Assembly (NCBI GenBank): GCA_040954595.2
Contig: CM082583.2
Location: 10,429,656 to 10,493,655 of the forward strand
DNA length: 64,000 nucleotides
Source of the DNA: Balanoglossus misakiensis
Taxonomy: Eukaryota; Animalia; Hemichordata
Reading direction: 5' to 3'
Below, piece after piece: positions 12,563-23,350 of this stretch; positions within the stretch are counted from its first letter, which is position 1, and each line of letters begins with the position of its first letter. Both the position numbers and the translations under genes were made by a program. The notes under the pieces are model-generated. The model saw only the letters and a list, made by a program, of their open reading frames with translations. It was not told the origin of the DNA and did no database searches.

Positions 12563-13055
12563 TTTACCACTCCCTTTAAAATAATGCGAAACAGAAGACA
12601 AGACAGAAAACATTACTCGATTAATAGATGGTGTTGTTTGATTTCATAGTTCTGCGCTGCAGCTGAGACGCTCGACGGCCATTATGCTCACTTGATTAGC
12701 ATGTATATTTCATCCACAAGGTTAAAGGTCAATCTGATTGAAAGATGATGATACAATATTCAACGTTTTCATAAAGAAAGCTTAGTTGAACTCATTGCCC
12801 TATATATGTATACTGTTGCACAGTACCCTGACGAAATCCCTGAAAAATACTCAAAGTGGTAATATATTACCAATTCCAATGAAATTATATAGATTATGGT
12901 AATTTTGGGGGTGTGTCTGATCACGTGAATGCCACATCCACACGTAAGCCAATGATGTGTCTTTCATTGAGTACTCCAAGTGTGCACGTAGGCGATTCTA
13001 CTCGTCAGAGTTTCCTCGTTTTTCTTCTTCTGAGACCGCTTTCTTCAAAATCAAA

Positions 13056-15579
13056 ATGTCGCAGGTAGACACAGATACGATGACACTCACTCGGTTTGTG
13101 CTGACGGAACAGAAGAAAGTTCCCCAGGCCACGGGAGAACTGACGCAACTTCTGAATGCGATGTTGACGGCCATCAAAGCTGTGTCGACAGCAGTGAGAA
13201 AGGCAGGAATAGTCAAACTGTGAGTACCACGTATATGTCAGGCAGTGAGTATACTGTCGTAAGCTGTTTCCTGTATGAATAACCAAGTGGCAACGGATCC
13301 GATTGATTTAATTTCCAATATCACAAAGTCAGGCATGATTTTTGCAGTGGATGGGTTGATGGATTGGGCATTGTCGTTTGACCTCAACAGAGCCCTAAAA
13401 TGTCACCCCAGACTGATTACAAGTTCCAAGGTCCATTATTTCCCCGAATAAACAAACTATAATCCATTTCACAATAGACGGTAGAAAGCCAGCTTCATCG
13501 GTAAATACAAACTGTACAGTTAATTTCGACCAAATGAAAATTATTCATCCAATGTGTACATGTTGATGTTGTACACAGAAAAAAATTAAGGTAGCAATAT
13601 TGACATGATCATGGGATCAGAGTGACCTCGGTGTAATCTGGTTGTATTATAAATATTGATTTTCAAGTGATTCACCTGGAATATTTCAGGTTGCACGACA
13701 TACAACTTTCACTTATCAATGAATCCAGTGCCTGTGGCACTGTAGTGTATTTAGGTTCAAGGTCAAAAAAGGAGGTAATTAGGTCAATAGATTCCTATTG
13801 CTATAGGATTGATGATTTTTCTAGATACAGCTCCTACATCATTTGTATGCCATTTTAGAAGCAAAACAGGCAAATTGGTTATTTTTTAAATGTACTTAAT
13901 AAATCTGGGCATATTTTATTCGCATAGGCATGGCATGGCTGGTACCGGCGCCAATGTCCAAGGTGAAGATCAACACAAAATTGATGTCATCGCCAACAAG
14001 CTCTTCATCAACATGTTGAAGTCATCCTTCACAACATGCGTGTTGGTCTCAGAAGAAGACGAGAACATCATTGAGGTTGAGACTGACAGACAAGGCAAAT
14101 ATGTGGTCAGCTTTGATCCTCTTGATGGCTCTTCCAACATCGATTGTCTGGTGTCCATCGGTTCAATTTTTTCAATCATCAAAAGGGTGGGTATATTAGC
14201 AATTGGTTTCCATTATCTTGCAAGTGCCATGTTCAACACATACAAAATTACCATACAAAGGTTCACTGAGACAGCCACCGTTTTGTTTATGTAAAAATCA
14301 TTTTTGCAGACATCAGAAGGCACACCAGGACTGGCAGACGCATTGCAGCCTGGGAATCGGATTGTAGCAGCTGGTTATGCCTTATATGGCAGTGCTACCA
14401 TGGTGATGCTGTCAATAGGACAAGGTGTCAATGGATTCATGTTGGATCCTGTAAGTAATTAAGCTAGATTTTCATACACTTCCATGCCAATGTATCAGAA
14501 TATAAAGGAACCCAAACAACAGCAATTTCCTGTGCAAACAAAAAGCATAATTTCTGTAAAGTACTTGTTGATTTGTTGGCTTCCGTGAAAAGTTATCAAC
14601 AAAGGTGTATTCATATGCAAAGCCAGGAACATAATAGTAAAGTGGGGCATTGAGCGTATGTTATGTTTTATGGCAATGACACTCTTGATTATTTCCAGTC
14701 CATTGGGGAATTTTTGTTGACGGAGAGAAATGTTAAAATCAAGCCACGAGGCAAGTACTACAGCATCAACGAGGGTTATTCACAGTTCTGGGATGAAGCT
14801 ACCAAAGAATATGTCCATAATAAGAAATTTCCAAAGGTAAGGTGTGAATCGGTTGCTCATCAACATGGTATTTGGCCATTTTTTACCAGAAAATACGTTT
14901 TGTAGAGGTGTGTGTGATTAGCTTATAATTCATAAGTGAGAGCAGTGTGTCTTGGGAGGGGGGGGGGGGGGCATGAAGAGAGATCGTAGCCTTCTGAAAT
15001 TCTTGATTGCTTGGAGACATTTTGCAAGAGTTCTTGACTTTCACATTACAGGAAGGCAATCCCTACAATGCCCGTTACATTGGTTCAATGGTAGCTGACG
15101 TCCACAGAACCATTATGTATGGTGGCATCTTTGTCTATCCAGCACACAAGAAAGCTCCAAAGGGCAAGGTATGTTGTGGCTATTTGAAATTGTTAAAAGA
15201 AAAACACATTAAGGCAAGGCTCAGATATTGGCTGTCCAGGAATTGCAACTCTGTCCAAGAAAATATAATGGCTAAGCCACCCTCTTTTGTAGAATTAAAA
15301 CGTTTTCATCTAATTTTTCTTGACATGCATAGTGTGGCAAAGAGAAGTTAGCTGTTGTTGTTTACTTCTGTTCTTTTTTTTTTTTTTCAGCTGCGCTTGC
15401 TCTACGAGTGTAACCCCATGGCCTACTTAATAGAACAGGCCGGAGGTATTGCATCCACAGGAACGCAGCGCATATTGGATATTGTTCCTGAAAACATCCA
15501 CCAGCGTGTTCCCATCGTACTTGGATCCCCCGATGACGTCAACGAATACCTTGCTTGTGTTCAAAAACACCAAAGCTAG
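13056..15579 (+). CDS. FBP1: Fructose-1,6-bisphosphatase class 1 (exons 13056-13219, 13928-14186, 14310-14450, 14699-14836, 15052-15168, 15391-15579)
   Basis: Motifs [50 protein letters not shown] and [13 protein letters not shown]. All junctions are GT-AG. Confidence 0.96.
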
Positions 15580-16845
15580 GCTGACATCGAATGTGGAAGT
15601 CTGTAATGGCGTCATAGAAGTGGGTTATGCAACTCGTATCAAATCATTTTAGTATCTCACATTTAGGAAAACATGAGGTGTAAAGAGTCAAAAGGGGTTT
15701 GGGTTTGTGGGTGACATTTTATTTTGAATTTCACTGCTGAATCTGACCTTGTACTTGACCTGAGTCCACTCAACCAGTCAAAAGGATCAAACAAAAGAAT
15801 CCAGCTGTAGATTTTACAAGAATCTCAGAAATGACCAAAATTTTGTTTTATGTTCATGATATTCTGTTTTCACTCAACGCCATCCATTAATTTTGTGTTA
15901 ATCGTACTTTGTGTCGCTCAAGGCTGATTGATTGTGTTTGTTGAAGAAAAACGACTTTGTGATCATCAAAGACTGCAGATGTAAGACGTGTACAACACTT
16001 GGCATCTGCAGTAATGGTATCATCTTGATGACAATCAAATTGTCCGAATCTTTTATTTGTTTGTTTATTGCATGTTTTGATTGAATTTTGTTTTAGTCTG
16101 CCAATTATGAATATGCATGTTAGTCGAAGAACAATCATAAAACTTAGAGTGGTACTGACATATATATGCCTTATTGAAATGTATGTGTTTTTATGTAACA
16201 CAGTACTTGTTGATTTTGCTCATGTCACCAAGTTCTTCAGGGAAAGATCTTGACAATAATATCAAACAGTCAATCACACAATATGTCATGTACATTAATT
16301 TTTTTCTATGTATTACTTTACAACAAATACATAACATGTAAATAGCAGTGGGATTCTGTTTAAACTGAACGTTGTGCATACCTATGTTGTCTGGAATACT
16401 TTCTTCCCTATAGAGGGCGCTGTTGTATGCATCAATCCATTATATCGTACCACTCTGTTTTTGACAATGGACATGAATGTTTTTAAAGCAAATAAAAAAT
16501 AAGTACTGCAAGTTAAGAATTAGTCTTTGCCTTTTTGTGGTTCTTGTGGAGGTATTGTTCAGTTTTGTCACGCCACTTTCAAACCTATGTTTACCATTGA
16601 GGCATATTGACAACGTGGTCAAGACCATTATTCCATTGAGCCCTATTAAAATTATTCCTGTGTGAACGGATAAAATTGTTTGAAATATCTTGCTAAAACA
16701 AGTATTGTAGATTTTGGAACTGAACAATTTTCATCTAAAATCTGGAAAAGGTGCATAGAATCATCTTCACCCTCCAAGGTCGGAGAGGCTGTGGTCGACT
16801 CAATGACCCGTGTGAGCGGACGATGGCATAGAATCGACTACTGAA

Positions 16846-18848
16846 CTACTGCTCCAGTACCTCTGGACATTTTTCCATCACATTGGTCAGGAGATTATTA
16901 ATGTATCTCCGCATGTTTTTGTTTTCTTCTGTGAGATCTGCAATTTATCAGGAAACATGAAAAAGAAGAAAGGGTAAATGGGATATCTTGATATTTCTTG
17001 TTACTGCAGTCAGAATCTTAGTGACAAATGACCCAGAGACATTCTTAATCGCTCACCTTGGACACGTCTTCGAAGTCGCTTTATTTCCTCCTGAAGATCG
17101 TCCACATTGTCATCCACTGGCACAGAAATAAAAGAAGCTTATAGTCAAGATAATTGGAGTAGATCTCTTGATATACGACCAGACCGACCAAAAACTTTCG
17201 GTAACAGTGCAAACATTATTACGAGTATAAAGGTTGGCAGCCATTATTGCTGATCTGTTGGAAAATCATCTCTGTTTGAAAGTATCAACAAGTAATAAGC
17301 GATGACTTTTACATCTTATTAATATTTTTTATGTTTCGCTTTATTAATATTTCTGCTATGTTCATAAATGATCTGACTAAGATGCTTACATTGTTCGCTT
17401 TTGGTGTCATCACTTTCCTTCTTATCACGGAAGAAAAAGCTGAAGATGCCTCGATTTCCATCTTCCTCTTCAGTTTCCTCTTCGGGAGAGGTCTTTCTAC
17501 TCAGTCTGTTTCCGTCGACGAATTCAAACTTTACGAGGGATATGCCCAGCCCTCCTGACCGGGTTTCGACGAGGACGGGCCCAGAGCAAACTTTCCACTC
17601 TTTCGTAGTGCAGCGAATTTTACCGGGAGAATCGTGTTCCAGGCTTGGCAAACAGTCAGATCCACATATCGTTAATTTAACAACGTCGTCTTTGCAGTCG
17701 CCCAAATTCCTTCCACGTATGGTAATCTTTGTTCCGCCTTCTACAGGCCCTTCTCTCGGCGATAAACCAGATATTTCGGGCCTGGTGTCGACGCTCTCAT
17801 CACTACCTGGTTCACTGATAGTACGTGGTCTGATGTCCTGGTGGCTCGACGTTTTCATCAACAATGATGGGTTCATATCGTCGGCGAATAACTTCGCTAT
17901 GTCAGAAACGGACCGCGAACCGCGACGGCTGAAGTTGGAGACAGGCACTTTTTTGGAAGGGAGAGGAGAACCCAGTAAGGTACCTCTCACCCACGTCAAC
18001 GTTCCTGACCAACTGCCTTTCAAAGCAGTCCGCTCACTTGTACCCGCGCTCTCCTCCTCCTGGCTTGCCTGGGTCGCCTTCCTTGATTTGGTCACCCAAC
18101 AGTCGAATACCAACTGCCCTGACGGATTAGGGCATTTCTTGCTCGACTGGAGATCCTCGACCCGTCGTTTTCCGAGGCATCTGTGCGGTATGGTTTCTAT
18201 TGGCAACGTTACTTCACCGAGAATGTCTTGTTTGTCTCGCACTGTGAATACCAGAGCACTGTCACTGCCTTTTATCGCACTAAATTGGAGAAAATATGCG
18301 AGGGTGATAGAGTGAGAACGTGAATGTACCAAAAGATTGGTAATCCATGGTGCTAGCGTACATTTTCTCAAAATTTTTCATCCATGCATTTTCCAGTTTC
18401 CGACATTTGGGTCTGAGCGCTTTCCACAACAATCGATCACTCAATCAAGCTTCTTTTAGTCGAGGTGGCATGTATTAATCCTACTTACAAAACCGATTCT
18501 TCGTTCCAGTCCGGGTTCGAGCTGTTAACCACAGTTGTTCGACATTTGTCATCTCCAATGCCAAATATGACCGATGCTTTACACCGATCTGTGACGAAAT
18601 GGAGTAAAAAAAATCCAGCAAGAGGTCAGAAACGCTAAATATTGAAAGTGGCATTACATAGACTAGTCAACCAGTTATTTGGTTATAAAGATTTTTAACT
18701 GTTAAGTCACAAGTTCCCGAAACCATTTGCTTTGCTGTACACCGAAACATGCATGTTTACATTGTACATGAAAGTGTTTAAAAATCGAATTAAAAAAGAC
18801 GAAAAAACCTACCCGTCTTTTTTCCTTGTAAATTTCTGGCCCCATAGA
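16846..18848 (-). CDS. Rab11-FIP class I-like protein: C2 domain + internal IPT/TIG domain + coiled coil + FIP Rab-binding domain (exons 18848-18813, 18588-18489, 18279-17390, 17116-17057, 16937-16846; first coding exon unresolved upstream)
   Basis: C2: YGARNLQGKK/DRCKASVIFGIGDDKCRTTVV..NPDWNEESVF/..LVFTVRD..ILGEVTLP. IPT at 17517-17783. C-terminus DLQEEIKRLRRRVQDLTEENKNMRRYINNLLTNVMEKCPEVLEQ* matches the FIP-RBD pattern YIDxLLxxVMExxPxIL. Intron phases are consistent throughout. Confidence 0.8.
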
Positions 18849-21160
18849 CTAGTAGTGGAAGTAATAAAATAAATATATAATAAATAGCCTGCCCTATGGC
18901 AATATAATAGGTTTGACATGAAATGGGAACTTAATTCATAAAACATGACTATGCATGGACAAAATTCTGACCATGGCCATTCGTTCCTAAGTGTACTTTG
19001 CGCCATCGTCAACTGTATGGGAAGAGCATCCTTATTCGCTTGCGTATTATACGGAGTTCATTTGTACTGAACTATTTTACGATAGAACTCCGCAGTCCAC
19101 TGCAGTTAGTTCATGTATTAATATAACAAACCTATTACTTTGACTTCTGTTGGTTCCATGTCACAAGTTCATTATGTTACCCAGTGTCTTGTTCAAGTAC
19201 CAGACAGCTAGCTACCAATTTGTTCGACCCTAGTTTGTCACATCAAGGTTTCTATGGCAATAAAAGAACAAGACGAGACGGTGAAATTCTTACCACCAAC
19301 CCGATCAAACTTATAAGCTATATGTCTTGCAACATATCTGACGTGGCTGGGTTTGGCTGAGTATCGTATCACCAGTGGCCTCAATGGAGATTTCTTTTTT
19401 TAATAGTTCTGGGTTTGAGTGAAAAGGGGGATTATGCATTATGTATGCGCCTCACAGAGTACGCACCCACTGGCAATTGCTAATGCATGGTATCACCTAC
19501 AGTCTCTCCACGCACTGTGTATCATCTTACATTAAATTGTGATATAGTATAATCATGTCACAGTAAAATGACGCAGACAACACAATGTTAGACAGTGCTT
19601 GAATGCATAAAAAATAATTTTTAACAATACAACCTCTTTTAGGCCTCACGGAAACACCATTCTATCGACATATCTGTATGGACACGACACTGTTAGAGTC
19701 GAACCAAATACGACATATTTTCATGGCACGTACTTCTTAAAACCCTATTCAGGTTGTGTCGCCATAGTAACGCACATGTGGTGATGGTCTACACCTGCTA
19801 TGTGCACAGATGTCCAACGACGTCGACGCATCCTTCGACATATACTTTAATAATCGCAGTATTTACCACTGGGTGGCGCACTTTATAAAAAAATGGAATT
19901 CATGCCGATCAGATCTGGGTTTCAACATTTCGTAAATTGAAGCGCGGTACTGATTAATATTTCGCGTAATTTGACCTGCCTAAGAGTTTTTCCCATGCCT
20001 TGTCAACAGCGCGTTCGTCGATGAAAAACCCGGCGAGATTTTTAATAGATTTCTTCTCCAGCTGTATTCCTTTCTTTATGTTTGGCATCACACAACCGAT
20101 GGGCCTAGGGCCTATTTCAATGCTTCTTTATCATGAAAACTTACCTGCACTGGCCAGCTTGTATAAGTGAATGGTTTGTAAAAGGTTTTAAATTGAAAAA
20201 ATCTAGAAATTTCGTATGTCTGGCTTCAGGAGTTTGCTGTCCTTCACTTCAGTATTCTATGAACATTGTGGACGCTCCACTGTCTCCAGGCAAAGTTCCA
20301 CGCGCTACGCGTAACTATAGAAACGCTTGCTCGAGGTCAGATTGGACCATTATTACCACGTGCGTGTGGGAATACATACATGAAAGTAATCAACCTTGTA
20401 TGAATATCCCTTTCAACTTTCTTCTCGTCTCAGTGTAAAACACCTTATGTTTTAACGATGAAATTGCACCTAGTCGCTATTTACTATACATGTAATCAAC
20501 AGGGCTTGCGATGATGATGTGATGTGACGCGACAGATTTGACGGTTTGCTCTGTTTATCACTCGTGGACAACAACATCCACGTGAACACTGATTGATTGT
20601 GTACACGTGCCAATGCAGAGGAACCGGTCTGTTGAGGGCGCCTGTGTTGCATGCAACTTTTAGACCAATCAGAAATGACTTAACAAGGCTCAGGACACGA
20701 AGGGTCATTTCAGGTCGAAGAAACAAAATTATAACTGCCAGTTACCATAGGAAAAAAAGCGGTGAGTTTTATCAGTAGGTTGCATCTCTCATAATAATAA
20801 TAAGGTCGCATTGAAGCAGCCAGAAAGCCAAGCTTTCATTTGCATATCTACAATGATTTTTATATAATATAAGAGTAAGGATACGCAATGAAACGCTGAA
20901 CGCCTTTGCGTACAGTAAACATCACAGGTGGTAAAAATGAGTGAAAATGGCCATTATAAATGCCACCGACATCGAGACTACCTGTGACCATAGCTGCAGT
21001 GCCGTAGCTCGAGGTTTTGTCTAGTATTTGATGTCGGTTTTGCCCTAAACCTGGCAAAACTGAGCTACGAAGGCAGCTACTGACTCGACTGTGTCCTTGA
21101 AGCAAGTGAGAGTCCGTTGACCTTTATTGTTTTAATCAGATTGTACTCGTTTCGGGGACA

Positions 21161-22635
21161 TGTTTTCAGAAGAACTATATAGTCCTCCAAACCTTTCAAT
21201 TCTTTGCTATATTAAAGTTTTTGAGGAGTATTTTTTAAAACAAGAAAACATGGTTCATTATTTGTATCCTATCAACCAAGGTTTCTTGTTCATTTCCCTG
21301 AGACAGGGTGAAATGTGTACTGCCAATCTTCTCAGAATTGCCCATGGATGTGTGCATTAAAGAAAAGAAAATAAGCAAAAAGTGGCCCTGCTGCTGTGGT
21401 TGGAAGAAGTAAAGCACTACAGGTACTGTAAAATGATTCTAATAATTGAAGCTGCATGCTTCTTCACCGAAATTCATTTTTTCAAACCAATTGATGTTTT
21501 ATTTATTCAGCTAGTAATTTGCACTCTATTTAACAGTCCTCCAGCCCACTCTATATAATGGGAAACTCCCGCATTGACGTCAGCAATGCAAAAACCGAGA
21601 CTGTAGATTGAATGGGTTGAACTGTTCTATTTTTGTGATCATATCTCAATCATTTTCCAGCTGTTGTTGGGAAGTTTTGCTAAACATATAGATTCCAATC
21701 TTATCTGTGATAGCCAAAGCCCGGTCAGTTTAGGCATTCATATTGTCCCAGCATTTTTCACAGTGTCTACGGTAGATGTAGTAAATTTTTAAGATGCTTT
21801 TTTGGAAGTAAAATGTTGCAGGAAATCTAGGAAACTTTCACAGCCATATGGAATTTCTTGCAAATTGCTGGGAATAACCCAAATTACACACACATTTTCA
21901 CATCACACACATTAGTGGACCAAGTCAGAAATAGGTGCTCAGATAAACCAGATAGGACCAGAATGCTCTGTTTTACCTTGAGAAAACTAGGTCAGACGAG
22001 AGCTGACCTGGTTCATTACTGTCATTCTTAATCATTGTCAATATTGACCAAACCCTTAACAGTTGAAGCATATGTTTCACCTGAATACTTCCCAAAAGAA
22101 CAGTGATAAAGTGCCCTTATTTGCTCATCTGCCTTGCTTGTTTTAAGACATGTAGTCATGATGTACAGTCACATAAAAGTGAGTATTTTTGAAGACTGGC
22201 ACCAGTGTCCACCAGATGTTATTGAAGCTGTAAAATGAAAACTATGTCAGAGTATAGGCAGTATTAAGGAGGTATATACGCACCTATTAAGGGGCAGATT
22301 TTTCAGAAAATTGATAGTCTTCCAAAGATTCCTTTTGTCAGCCAGATGTTATTGAAGCTATATAATTTGAAAACTTGTACGCATCTTAGGGGCAGATTTT
22401 CAGAAAAATGATAGTCCTAACCTTTCAATTCTTGATATTAAAGTGTGTTCAAGGAGTCTTTTTGAAAACGAAGGAGAAACATGGTGTTTACCATCTTGTT
22501 TTCAGAAAAAATCACTACTTTAATTTTTCTCATTCACGCCTGTAGAGTTCAAACAAGGGTCTTATTGATTCTGCAGAAACAGGTCAAGCGAAAGATACTT
22601 CCAGTCTTATCAATGTCTAGAAATTGCTCATTGAT
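21161..22635. repeat. Degenerate dispersed/duplicated repeat (probable transposon relic)
   Basis: 21161-21345 resembles 22396-22635 (ttttcagaa..tagtcct..aacctttcaattctt..tattaaagt..ggagt..aaacatggt). 22212-22322 resembles 22342-22420 (ccagatgttattgaagct..ggggcagatttt). Confidence 0.55.
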
Positions 22636-23350
22636 AGGTTATGGCGATGATTAACTGTCCTTGCCTCATCAGTAAGCAAACATGTCTATCAAGACTTTGA
22701 TAAGTGATACACGTAGACGCATTTAGGGCTCACTTAGCTCTAATTCGAGGGTCTTTGCTGTGTGTTTTTTATGTTTGAAATTACCATTTCACCACAGTTT
22801 GCCAGATCATTATATGGCACTCATTTTGATACAGACTGATATGCACCATAAAAGCTTTTAAAGCTTTAAGTTTAGGCGTAATAGCCTTTTGTAAGTTTGT
22901 GTTTCATTCTCACATATGTCAATTCTGCAATAGTGTTCTCCTGGTGTCTTAATTATAATTATGGAAAAAGAGCAGTGAGAGAGAGAGACTTTGTCCCTTT
23001 AATTGTTGTGAACTTTGATAGTTGTGATAGATAAGGCCACCTGTACTTGACTAAGTTTTCACTGTGATCACCCTGTGTATTTATTTACTATAGGCATACG
23101 TGGTACATGACTGGATGACAAGGTGGACAACCAAATAAGGCACATAAAATAAAGGTAAATTTAACATGACAATTTATTTGAAAGTAGACGAGATAAATAC
23201 GAGGTCGAGGTACTGATTCAACGAGTTATAGAAATAGTGTTTACAGTATATGGTCATATCATTCCACTTCAAACCAAAATAAAAACTTCTTTGCATTTCT
23301 CGTCTTGTCTCGGTGATTAAACCAACATACGGTAGATGGGTAGGGACGGG

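Noticed and set aside
14957-14971. G/C homopolymer runs (also near 2500, 37951 and 40989) as G-quadruplex elements
   Set aside because: Simple mononucleotide runs with no supporting context.
17517-17783. Calling the gene EXOC2 or a plexin
   Set aside because: No Sec5 helical body, Sema domain or TM segment; the IPT is flanked by C2 and FIP-RBD.
17401-18315. 304-aa plus-strand ORF
   Set aside because: Antisense shadow of the C2/IPT exon; no recognisable motifs and no ATG start.
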